NCBI GenBank assembly: GCA_046539285.1
Contig: JBKHHH010000005.1
Coordinates: forward strand, 1 to 30,992
DNA: 30,992 bases
Direction of reading: 5' to 3'
DNA from: Candidatus Aenigmatarchaeota archaeon
GTDB taxonomy: Archaea; Aenigmatarchaeota; Aenigmatarchaeia; PWEA01
Shown here: piece by piece, positions 6,575-14,237 of the stretch
Position numbering within the stretch: the stretch's first letter is position 1
Layout of the letters: every line of letters begins with the position of its first letter
Program-made: the position numbers and the translations under genes
The notes under the pieces: generated by a model
What the model was told of the DNA's origin: nothing
Databases searched by the model: none
The model's input: the letters and a program-made list of their open reading frames with translations, nothing else

Positions 6575-7821
6575 TCCTCGTCTATCTCCAGGTCTTTTTC
6601 CTTTCTCGGCTTTTTGACTCTTTTCTCTATGATGAAAACACCTAATGTCGAGATCACTGCAGTTCCGAGGATGATCGAGAAGACAACTTCCGGAAAGATT
6701 TCTGTCCCAGGGATGCCGTATTCGGCGGCCGGTATCGTGGCCAGAACTGCTGCGGCCAGACCACGGGGTGTCATAAAGGCCATAATGCTTCTTTCCAGTC
6801 GGTTGAAGCCCGAGCTTAGACTGGAAAGCTCCACGGAGACGAAGCGGGAGATCAAGATTATAACTGTGAAGACTAGGCCGTATATGAAGAGCTCGGGTTT
6901 ATGCAGCGTGATCAATCCTCCGAGGAACACGAAGAAAAACGTCTTGACGAAGAAGGATATCTGATCCTGGAAGGCCTTCGTTTTTTCCGTGAGTCCGAAA
7001 TACTTTTTCTCGATCTTGAACATGTCCCTGATTTTGCTGCCGTTGCCGAGAACAAGTCCGATCATAAACGAAGATATAGCACCGTTGCCCCCGATCATCT
7101 CGGCTGCCGCGTAGACGAAGAACAGATAGGCTAGGGTGATCATGTAGTGGTATTTCTCACCTTTGATGTGTTGTAATATCTCCAGCCAGAACAGACCCGA
7201 GACGAGTCCGACTACGATTGAAACCGAGAACATGGACACTATCCGGGCCACACCGGGGCTGAGCACTGAGGAGGAAAGACCGACACCGTTGGTACCGACG
7301 ATCAGGTCCATGATGACTATCGCCACAATAATGCATAGAGGGTCGGTGATCACCGATTCTATCTCCAGGGTAAGCCTCGAGTCCTCGGCAAAGCCTTCCA
7401 GTTCCGTCACCACCGGGATTACGATTGCCGAGGAGACGCCACCAACGATCGCACCCAACAACAGGGATTTGAGTGCGGATAAATTAAGCAAGAGGTAGGA
7501 GGCCGCTCCTGTTGATATCATAGCCAGACCGAAACCAGTGACAGCGAGGAGAACGGCCCGGGGCGCCTTTTTCATCATTTTGTAGAGATCTAGATTAAGT
7601 CCGCCATTGAACAGGATCATCAGCAGTGCTATCGATGATATAAAGGGCATCAGCGCTGTAAAATTTTCCCTTGGCAGGAGATTGAAGACCGGGCCCACAA
7701 GCACACCCAGCAGGAGCAAAATAACTATATCTGGAAACTTTGTTTTCCTGAACACGAGGTCGGCGAGGAATCCAATTGCGACAATCGAGGCTATGCTGAG
7801 GAACAGGACTTCCATTTCCAT
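6571..7821 (-). CDS. cation:proton antiporter (CPA1/NhaP-like Na+/H+ exchanger)
   Basis: 416 aa with about 11-12 TM helices, an exchanger-like N-terminus (IASIVAIGFLADLVFRKTKFPDIVILLLLGVLVGP) and a short acidic/basic cytoplasmic tail. Confidence 0.65.
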   Translation of the reverse strand: MEMEVLFLSIASIVAIGFLADLVFRKTKFPDIVILLLLGVLVGPVFNLLPRENFTALMPFISSIALLMILFNGGLNLDLYKMMKKAPRAVLLAVTGFGLAMISTGAASYLLLNLSALKSLLLGAIVGGVSSAIVIPVVTELEGFAEDSRLTLEIESVITDPLCIIVAIVIMDLIVGTNGVGLSSSVLSPGVARIVSMFSVSIVVGLVSGLFWLEILQHIKGEKYHYMITLAYLFFVYAAAEMIGGNGAISSFMIGLVLGNGSKIRDMFKIEKKYFGLTEKTKAFQDQISFFVKTFFFVFLGGLITLHKPELFIYGLVFTVIILISRFVSVELSSLSSGFNRLERSIMAFMTPRGLAAAVLATIPAAEYGIPGTEIFPEVVFSIILGTAVISTLGVFIIEKRVKKPRKEKDLEIDED

Positions 7822-7908
7822 ATTCTAATCTTGATACAGCGGGCATAAATACTATAGGGTTAATTTTAAAAGTCGGACCCAGAAATATCAATTAGAGTGT
7901 GATTTGTA

Positions 7909-8262
7909 ATGGAGGAAGGTGAGACATTCGAGATAGATGAACCGCATTTTCAATGTGTGGTCTGTGAAGAAGAGATCGAGTTCAGTTTTGACGAAGAAGA
8001 CGGTCTGGAACCCGGAGAGATTTCCGAAGAGGTCCGAGAAGAGATCGGCGACGAGTTTATTCCTTCCGAGGAAGACTTCGCCGAGAGCGATGTTGGAATG
8101 GAAGAACCCGGTGTCGAGGGCTCGGAGATGAAGATAATCTGTGACTGCGGAGCTGAATACATTGTCAGAAAGACGCCAGGTGTACCGGGGTTCGAGGTTA
8201 GTCATACCATAGAAAGTGAACCGGAACTGGCTGAGAAAGAGTTCGAGGACCTGGAAAGGTAG
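7909..8262 (+). CDS. extremely acidic split zinc-ribbon protein, hypothetical
   Basis: 117 aa. CVVC (residues 16-19) and CDC (78-80) are separated by a D/E-rich linker. ATG start. The stop abuts the stop of the convergent gene with no spacer. Confidence 0.45.
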   Translation: MEEGETFEIDEPHFQCVVCEEEIEFSFDEEDGLEPGEISEEVREEIGDEFIPSEEDFAESDVGMEEPGVEGSEMKIICDCGAEYIVRKTPGVPGFEVSHTIESEPELAEKEFEDLER

Positions 8263-8628
8263 TCAGGAAGAAAGCGCGACCACTTTGATCACGTTGTTCA
8301 TCTCGTTGACAGGTTGGAAGTTCCAGAGCACATCGGCATCAGTTTGTTCTGATATGCTATTGACTATTTCTGTTGATTTCCAGTAGAGGCCTCTTTCCGC
8401 TTTGATTATCAGGAAGATTCTCTTTGCCTGTCTGAGGTCCATGTTTAGGTTCTTGAGAATTCTTTCCGAACCTGCCGTGGGAAAGGTCTGAACAATGTGG
8501 CTCCGAATTCCATTTTCTATGAAGACGGACATCCTTTCCTGATCAAATTCGGCACCGTTGTTGAATAGACTTTCTACCTCCCTTTTTACTGCGGGATTAT
8601 CGATGTTTGCTAGGAATTCTTCTTTCAT
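8263..8628 (-). CDS. hypothetical protein, last gene of the GTPase array
   Basis: 121 aa from ATG 8628, which has AGGAG 7 nt upstream (the ORF-track start at 8646 is a GTG). No family recognised by eye. Confidence 0.45.
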   Translation of the reverse strand: MKEEFLANIDNPAVKREVESLFNNGAEFDQERMSVFIENGIRSHIVQTFPTAGSERILKNLNMDLRQAKRIFLIIKAERGLYWKSTEIVNSISEQTDADVLWNFQPVNEMNNVIKVVALSS

Positions 8629-8677
8629 AGTTGCTCCTCTCTTCACTCCGGAAGTTGGTGCTTTAAGACTTGGTTTC

Positions 8678-9082
8678 CTAGTCTTTTAAATCTTCCAGAG
8701 AAATAGACTTTTCCTTGCCCTTGGTGAACAGGGAAGGCAGATGGATGAAGTACTTACCATCTCTGATCTCGATGATCAACGGCACCTCTTCGAAAAGTTT
8801 TTTCAGATTTATCTCGTAGACCCCGTCCTCGACGATGCTTATCGATTCCAGATCGAACTCCGTCGCCTGTTTGATCCTCTGCTTGAACTCCTCCTTCTTC
8901 TCGATGTTGTCGATAAACTCTTCTACATCCTGGACCACTGCTTCCCTTTCGTCTTTGTCCATCCTTTTCTTCTTGTCGCTCTTGTACATGAACAGTTTGT
9001 AGCCACAGTTGTTGCAGCCGTCCATCAACTCGTCGGAGTCGTCGTCTATTACTTTACCGCAGTTTAAACATTCGTGGGGCAT
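8678..9082 (-). CDS. Zn-ribbon protein conserved in archaea (DUF2072-like, from memory)
   Basis: The N-terminal ribbon is HECLNCGKV...DGCNNCGYKLF, followed by a K/E-rich middle and a C-terminal globular part. 4 nt downstream of the preceding gene. Confidence 0.55.
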   Translation of the reverse strand: MPHECLNCGKVIDDDSDELMDGCNNCGYKLFMYKSDKKKRMDKDEREAVVQDVEEFIDNIEKKEEFKQRIKQATEFDLESISIVEDGVYEINLKKLFEEVPLIIEIRDGKYFIHLPSLFTKGKEKSISLEDLKD

Positions 9083-9086
9083 TTTA

Positions 9087-9470
9087 TCATTCCAGTTTGG
9101 CCAGAAGGGAGATCTCGTCTTTGTCCTCTTCCAGTTTTTCCATTATATCCGAAGAACCTACGATCAGGAGACCGTCCTTTTGTTTTCTGCCTGTTATAGC
9201 CTGGAACATCTTTTCAAACCAGTTCTGCTTGGGATCGAAACCCGAGAACTCGATGCCCGGGAAGTCGTCGTCGACTTCCTCCATCGACCTTTCGATCAGG
9301 CTTGCCTTCTCTTCAGGTCCGAGTGCTTCTTCCAGAACAAGAATGTTTTCGTCCCGGACCTTGTCCATGATCATCCCGAGCTTGTCGTCGAAGTTCTTTT
9401 CCTTCAGGTTCTCGCGGGAGAGAAACTCTATCTTTATGCCGTCCTTCTTTTTTTTAGCCAATTGATACAC
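9087..9470 (-). CDS. small acidic protein partnered with the GTPase (DUF2073-like, from memory)
   Basis: 127 aa. The GTG start directly abuts the GTPase stop (TAG-GTG, no spacer). I recall an archaeal gene neighbourhood of GTPase, DUF2073 and a Zn-ribbon protein. Confidence 0.5.
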   Translation of the reverse strand: MYQLAKKKKDGIKIEFLSRENLKEKNFDDKLGMIMDKVRDENILVLEEALGPEEKASLIERSMEEVDDDFPGIEFSGFDPKQNWFEKMFQAITGRKQKDGLLIVGSSDIMEKLEEDKDEISLLAKLE

Positions 9471-10091
9471 CTAAGCGACGTGTTTTATGATTTTTGAGTA
9501 TAGATCGGTTATGTTCTCGCCTTCCTTGGCCGAAATGCTGGTGAAGGCGTACTGTGGGAAGGCCTCTTCGATCTTCTCCGGCTCCGCGTCTTCCAGATCG
9601 GTCTTGTTGGCGACCAGGATGATCGGGATGTCTTTGGCCTCCAGGTTGCCGAGAATAGTGACGTTAACCTGAGTATATGGATTTTTGGTCGAATCAAAGA
9701 TAACCAGTACCGCGTCGACGTTGTCCAGCCACTTGATCGCCTCGACGATGCCCTTTGTTGCTTCCTTGCTGCGGACCTTGGCTTCGTCCTCTTCGATGTC
9801 ATGTTCCATGAACTCCTTGTAGTCGACCTTGGTAGAAATCCCCGGCATGTCAAGCAGGTTCATCGAGATCTCCTTGCCGTCGTGTTCCAGCACCACTCTT
9901 TCCTTTTTCTGAACAACTCTCGTTTCGTGGGGAACCTCGGATACGCTGCCCAGTTCTTCACCGGTGAACTCCTCGGAGATCTTGTTGGCGAGGGTCGTTT
10001 TGCCCGTGTTGGGCGGTCCGTAGATACCGAGTTTTATCTCGCCTTTACCGCGAAATAGCTTGCGAAAGAACTGCTTGAGCCAGTTGATCAT
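9471..10091 (-). CDS. P-loop GTPase of the TRAFAC class (Era/EngB-like), function unknown
   Basis: All G motifs are visible: G1 GPPNTGKT, G3 DMPG, G4 NKTD, G5 SAK. The N-terminal 16 aa (MINWLKQFFRKLFRGK) are amphipathic and basic. The region after G3 resembles EngB/Era rather than Ras/Arf. Confidence 0.75.
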   Translation of the reverse strand: MINWLKQFFRKLFRGKGEIKLGIYGPPNTGKTTLANKISEEFTGEELGSVSEVPHETRVVQKKERVVLEHDGKEISMNLLDMPGISTKVDYKEFMEHDIEEDEAKVRSKEATKGIVEAIKWLDNVDAVLVIFDSTKNPYTQVNVTILGNLEAKDIPIILVANKTDLEDAEPEKIEEAFPQYAFTSISAKEGENITDLYSKIIKHVA

Positions 10092-10115
10092 AACAGAATT
10101 AACTTCGAATCACAC

Positions 10116-10124
10116 ATATAAAAA
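10116..10124 (-). promoter_or_regulatory. TATA box for the GTPase module (leaderless-type spacing)
   Basis: The minus strand reads TTTTTATAT about 25-33 nt upstream of ATG 10091. Confidence 0.35.
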
Positions 10125-10128
10125 TCTT

Positions 10129-10623
10129 TTATCCTTTCAGGATCTTGGAATCTACGATGCTCCTCTCTCCGACTTCGAGAAGGAAACATGTCTTCCCGGA
10201 TCCGTCGGCTCCTGTAGCCGAGCCAGGGTTAAAGAGCACCAGGCCCTCCTTTTCGGTCCGGAACGGCTGGTGGCTATGTCCGGTGACGAGTACGTCCACT
10301 TTCATCAGCTCTCCCATCTCGACCAGGTCCTCGATCTCTTCGCCTTCTTCGCTCTCCAGCTGATGTCCGTGGATCATCCCGAACTTCAGGTCCTCAATCC
10401 GGGCGATGTCCTGTTCCGGTAGATCCAGGTAGTCCTCCTCACCGCGAACAATATGAAATTCTTCTGTCGAGTCCATCAGTTTTTCCAGAATCCGCTCGTC
10501 CACGAGGTCGCCCGTGCAGAGAATCACATCCGACTCCCGTGCCGCTTTCATGAACTCCTCCGGAATTTCGTCGCCTTTCCCGGTCAGATGAAAATCGCCG
10601 ATAAGAAGAACTTTCTGGGTCAT
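10129..10623 (-). CDS. MJ0936/YfcE-family metallophosphoesterase, Vps29-like
   Basis: LLIGDFHL, LCTGDL, FHIVRGEEDY, FGMIHGHQ, VLVTGHSHQPF, LFNPGSATGA. These are colinear with human VPS29 as I recall it (VHIVRGDFDEN, IGLIHGHQV, ISGHTHKFEAF, YINPGSATGA). Confidence 0.7.
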   Translation of the reverse strand: MTQKVLLIGDFHLTGKGDEIPEEFMKAARESDVILCTGDLVDERILEKLMDSTEEFHIVRGEEDYLDLPEQDIARIEDLKFGMIHGHQLESEEGEEIEDLVEMGELMKVDVLVTGHSHQPFRTEKEGLVLFNPGSATGADGSGKTCFLLEVGERSIVDSKILKG

Positions 10624-10655
10624 GGTTTACCTCAAGAAGCAATATTTATAATAGT

Positions 10656-11981
10656 TTACATCCCGAGCTTTTTCATCATATTCTGCAGGTTCTTCATCTT
10701 GCCTCTGCCACCACCCTTGAACATCTTCATCGCTTTCCGCGACTGCTTGAACAGCTTGAGCAACTCTGATATTTCCTGGATCTCGGTTCCCGAACCCCTG
10801 GCTATCCTCTCCTTGCGGGAGGAGTTGATCAGCTTGGGATCCTTCTTCTCTTCCTCGGTCATCGAGTTGATGATGTGCTTGAACTTGTGCATCTTTTCTT
10901 CCTGCATGTTGACGAAGCCGTCCGGCAGTTTGGCCATGCTCAGGCCGGGTATCTTGTCCATGACCTTGCTCATCGAGCCCATGGATTCCATCTGCTCGAT
11001 CTGCTCGTAGAAGTCGTCCAGTGTGAAGTCACCTTCCAACATCTTCTTGGCCGTCTCTTCGGCCTCCTCCTGGTCCACCCTTTCCAGCAGACCTTTCAGA
11101 TCGCCGTAGCCGATCAGCTGTGAGACAAACCGCTCGGACTCGTACTTCTCCAGGTCGCGCATCTTCTCTCCGGTTCCGATGAACTTGACCGGCGCGCCGG
11201 TCGCGGCGCAGGCGGAGAGGGCTCCACCACCCTTGGCAGTTCCGTCCATCTTCGTGACAACAACGCCCGTGATCTCCAGTTCCTCCTGGAAACGGCGGGC
11301 CTGTTTTCCGGCCTGTTGTCCCATGTCGGCCGGAATCACGAGAAGCCGTTCGTCGGCGTCCATTATTCTCTCCAGTTCTGTAATCTCGTCGATCATCTCC
11401 TCGTTCAGTGCGTCACGTCCGGACGAGTCGACGATGACCATCTCGAAGTCCTCGGCCTTCTTCATGCTTTCCTTGAGAACTTTGGCCGAATCCTCCTCGT
11501 CCGGGTCGCCGAAGACGGGAACGTCCAGTCTCTCGCCTATCTGTTCCAGCTGTTCGTAGGCCGCGGGTCGGTATGTATCACATGCTATCAGACACGTCTT
11601 CACGCCCCGGTTCTTGTAGTATCGGGCCAGCTTCCCGGCTGTTGTAGTCTTCCCGGAACCGAACGTTCCCATGAGCAAGATTCTGCCCTCCTCCCTCGGA
11701 ACTCCGCCGTCTTCCTTGCCCAGGAACTTGGTCAGCTCCTCATAGACGATGTTGACCACGTGTTCCTTTTCGGTCAATCCGCTCGGCGGTTCCTCCTTCA
11801 GGGCCCGATTCTTTATGGATTCGGTCAGGTCGAAGACCAGCTCCACGTCACAGTCCGCCTGCAAGAGGGCTCTCTGGATGTCTTTGTTCACGTTCTTGAC
11901 GGTTTTTTCATCTATAATACTCCTACCACTGAGCTTACGGACCGTGTCCTTCAGAGAATCGGACAGTTTGTTGAGGACCAT
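10656..11981 (-). CDS. srp54: signal recognition particle protein SRP54
   Basis: NG domain with GTFGSGKTTTAGKLA, DTYRPAA and TKMDGTAKGGGALS. The Met-rich M domain ends in GGGRGKMKNLQNMMKKLGM. Confidence 0.9.
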   Translation of the reverse strand: MVLNKLSDSLKDTVRKLSGRSIIDEKTVKNVNKDIQRALLQADCDVELVFDLTESIKNRALKEEPPSGLTEKEHVVNIVYEELTKFLGKEDGGVPREEGRILLMGTFGSGKTTTAGKLARYYKNRGVKTCLIACDTYRPAAYEQLEQIGERLDVPVFGDPDEEDSAKVLKESMKKAEDFEMVIVDSSGRDALNEEMIDEITELERIMDADERLLVIPADMGQQAGKQARRFQEELEITGVVVTKMDGTAKGGGALSACAATGAPVKFIGTGEKMRDLEKYESERFVSQLIGYGDLKGLLERVDQEEAEETAKKMLEGDFTLDDFYEQIEQMESMGSMSKVMDKIPGLSMAKLPDGFVNMQEEKMHKFKHIINSMTEEEKKDPKLINSSRKERIARGSGTEIQEISELLKLFKQSRKAMKMFKGGGRGKMKNLQNMMKKLGM

Positions 11982-12032
11982 AGTCTAAAGTTTGACCTAT
12001 GAAATTTAAAAGATTAACATAAATTGTACTGT

Positions 12033-12515
12033 ATGGATCTGAGCTTCCTCGCCCTCGAGTTGAGCACCTACCAGCTCTACGGGCTGTTCTTTCTGCTCGG
12101 TTCCCTGCTCGTCTCCTCAGCCAGCGATCTCAAGAGAATGGTCGCCCAGAGCGAGTTCTTCGAAATCTGGACGATCTTCACAGCGACGATGTTCGTCCTT
12201 GACTTCTATCCAGGAATCTTTAGCCTGGACTTTTCAGGCGGTAGCTTTCTCAAGTGGGGTCTTATTCTTGGCGTTTGTGTTTTCTCCTGGTCCAAGACGG
12301 GGATCATCTTCAGCGTGGCTCGGATGGATGTCGCGGCCATGGCGGCGGTGATGTCTCTGCTCAATCCCTACTCCCTGGTCCTCTTTGTCGTCCTTCTCAA
12401 AGTGATCGACCTCGTGGAAAGACCGCTACTCCGGTCCGGCGATAGATATCCCTTTTTGCCGGTTGTTCTGACCACGGTCCTCATCGTTCTCTCGACTAAC
12501 CTTTACTTTATTTAG
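12033..12515 (+). CDS. minimal A24-type (prepilin/preflagellin peptidase-like) membrane protein, motifs atypical
   Basis: About 160 aa with 5-6 TM helices. SSASDLKRMV resembles the first Asp motif (DxxxRxIP) and SVARMDVAAMAAV the second (GxGDxK) of A24 aspartyl peptidases. The flanking Gly residues are absent. ATG at 12033 (the ORF-track start at 12024 is a TTG). Confidence 0.35.
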   Translation: MDLSFLALELSTYQLYGLFFLLGSLLVSSASDLKRMVAQSEFFEIWTIFTATMFVLDFYPGIFSLDFSGGSFLKWGLILGVCVFSWSKTGIIFSVARMDVAAMAAVMSLLNPYSLVLFVVLLKVIDLVERPLLRSGDRYPFLPVVLTTVLIVLSTNLYFI

Positions 12516-12536
12516 TTTAAGGATCAAATTACAACC

Positions 12537-13019
12537 ATGAAGGTTGTGGGGATCGACCTGGCCGGGAAACCAGAGAACGATACAGGTTTCTGCGTTCTTG
12601 AAGACCATAAAGTAAGGGCGAAGACGCTGAAGAGCGACGAGGAGGTAATTGAATCCTTGGAGGAGGAAGAACCGGATCTGGTCGCGATCGACGCGCCCTT
12701 CAACTTCCCTGACTCCGGGCAGTACCGGGAGTCGGATATGTTACTCAAGAAGATGGGTTTCGACCCACTATCACCAACTTTTCCTGGAATGAAGATTCTT
12801 GTCCACAGGGCCAAAAAGCTGATCAAGGAACTGGAGAGGATCGACAGCCTGGAGATCATCGAGGTCTATTCTCGCGCCTCCGAGAAAATAATCCCGATCC
12901 AGCCGTCGGAAGACGCGAACGAAGATAAGTTCGATGCCCTGCTCTGCGCTCTGACCGGCAAAAGATATCTGGAAGGCGACTACGAGGACCTCTCGGGGAT
13001 AATTATCCCCAAGGGCTGA
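12537..13019 (+). CDS. DUF429-like predicted RNase-H-fold protein
   Basis: MKVVGIDLAGKPENDTGFCVL ... PDLVAIDAPF has the pattern of the DUF429/COG2410 family as I recall it. Confidence 0.45.
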   Translation: MKVVGIDLAGKPENDTGFCVLEDHKVRAKTLKSDEEVIESLEEEEPDLVAIDAPFNFPDSGQYRESDMLLKKMGFDPLSPTFPGMKILVHRAKKLIKELERIDSLEIIEVYSRASEKIIPIQPSEDANEDKFDALLCALTGKRYLEGDYEDLSGIIIPKG

Positions 13020-13081
13020 ACGACAGCCGGCTACCCTGTCCATGATCTCAGGAGTGAGGATAACCAGAAAAGAATATTGGA

Positions 13082-13159
13082 TGGCGGGCCTGTCGGGATT
13101 TGAACCCGAGATCTGTTGGTCCGCAACCAACCGTCCTGTCCAGACTAGACCACAGGCCC
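13082..13159 (-). tRNA. tRNA-Arg (anticodon GCG), CCA encoded
   Basis: The minus strand folds as a cloverleaf by hand: acceptor GGGCCUG/CAGGCCC, D stem GUCU/GGAC, anticodon stem GUUGG/CCAAC with loop UU-GCG-GA, T arm UCGGG-UUCAAAU-CCCGA, discriminator G and CCA. No intron. Confidence 0.9.
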
Positions 13160-13191
13160 TAATTGATGTTGAAAAGATAAAGTTAAAATAG

Positions 13192-13668
13192 TCACTGCTT
13201 TTTCTTGAAGAAGAGCCAGTTGTCCGGTTCCTCATCCGGTTTGAACCGGATCAGGACGTACTTTCCCGTTAACTTTTCGCCGTCTATATCTACGATGATC
13301 TCGTTCTCCTTCCACTTTTCTATCTTGAACGTTCCTCGATCCCAGACCTCGACCTCGCCGGCTCCGTAGTGACCTTCCTCGATAGTTCCTTCAAAGAAAG
13401 CGTAGGAAAGCGGGTGGTCCTCGGTCTGAACGGCCAGTCTCTTCACGCCTTCCTCCTGACTCGGCCCCTTTGGTATAGCCCAGCTTTTGAGAACACCACC
13501 CTTCTCCAGACGCAAATCGTAGTGCAGCCGCGAGGCGTCGTGTTTCTGGACGGAGTAGACCCTCTTTCCCTCTTCTCTGATCTTCTCTACTTCTTCCGAA
13601 TCGCTGTCTTTCGGTTCACCAGACTCTTCCAGATCCCGCTTGTCTTCGTAGTCTGTGAGATCTTTCAT
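13192..13668 (-). CDS. stand-alone LigD-type 3'-phosphoesterase (PE) domain protein
   Basis: [33 protein letters not shown] ... matches the PE-domain signature (QxHxAxxLHYDxRLE...KSWAVPKGP). It has an acidic N-terminal extension of about 35 aa. The ATG overlaps the rubrerythrin stop (ATGA). Confidence 0.75.
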   Translation of the reverse strand: MKDLTDYEDKRDLEESGEPKDSDSEEVEKIREEGKRVYSVQKHDASRLHYDLRLEKGGVLKSWAIPKGPSQEEGVKRLAVQTEDHPLSYAFFEGTIEEGHYGAGEVEVWDRGTFKIEKWKENEIIVDIDGEKLTGKYVLIRFKPDEEPDNWLFFKKKQ

Positions 13669-14165
13669 TCGATCCGCTCGAACCTTTCCTTCGGTGCACC
13701 GCAGACCGGGCAGCGTTCCGGTGCCTCGTCTTCTTCCGTGTAGCCGCAGCCCCCGCAGACGAACATTTCTTTCTCTTCCAGATCTTCGTCTTTATCGACG
13801 GCCTTCTTGGCCTTCTTGTAGAGGAACTCGTGCTTTTCCTCGACCTCCTTGGCCCAGCGGAAGGACTGTTCGGCTTCACCATTTCCTTCCTGATGTGCTT
13901 TATCGATGAACTGGGGATACATCTTCGTGTGCTCGTAGTTCTCGCCTTCTATCGCATCCTTTAGGTTGCTCTCTGTGTCCTTGACCATGCCGAGAACTTT
14001 GGCGTGGTTACGAATGTGAACCTGCTCAGCTCGGGCGGCGGCCCTGAATACACGGGCTACCTGTTCCTTTCCTTCTTCTTCGGCCTTTTTGGCGTAGAGA
14101 AGGTATTTGCTCCGGGCCTGTGATTCCCCGGAAAAAGCCTCTTTTAAATTATCAACTGTTTCCAT
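13665..14165 (-). CDS. rubrerythrin
   Basis: Diiron four-helix-bundle ligand motifs (E...EQVH, EGENYEH, EEKH) plus a C-terminal rubredoxin-like CGGCG...CPVCG. GGTGAT Shine-Dalgarno 6 nt upstream of the ATG. Confidence 0.8.
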   Translation of the reverse strand: METVDNLKEAFSGESQARSKYLLYAKKAEEEGKEQVARVFRAAARAEQVHIRNHAKVLGMVKDTESNLKDAIEGENYEHTKMYPQFIDKAHQEGNGEAEQSFRWAKEVEEKHEFLYKKAKKAVDKDEDLEEKEMFVCGGCGYTEEDEAPERCPVCGAPKERFERIE

Positions 14166-14204
14166 AATCTATCACCCCATGAATGCAAACTTTACGTTCC
14201 CACC

Positions 14205-14219
14205 TATAAAAATTTATAA
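14205..14219. promoter_or_regulatory. back-to-back TATA elements (TATAAA-AA-TTTATA) of a divergent promoter
   Basis: The inverted TATAAA/TTTATA pair lies 19-33 nt upstream of the carS ATG (leaderless geometry). On the other strand it lies about 40-55 nt upstream of the rubrerythrin ATG, whose short leader carries GGTGAT. Confidence 0.4.
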
Positions 14220-14237
14220 GATAGGTCAGTAATTTTA

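Noticed and set aside
9471-10091. Calling the GTPase an Arf/Sar-family small GTPase because of its N-terminal amphipathic helix
   Set aside because: G3 is DMPG rather than DxGGQ, and the long G3-G4 insert resembles Era/EngB-type TRAFAC GTPases. The helix is noted only as a possible membrane-targeting feature.
12771-13235. 154-aa minus ORF spanning the tRNA-Arg gene
   Set aside because: It runs straight through a well-folded tRNA and the 3' end of the DUF429-like gene, so it is spurious.
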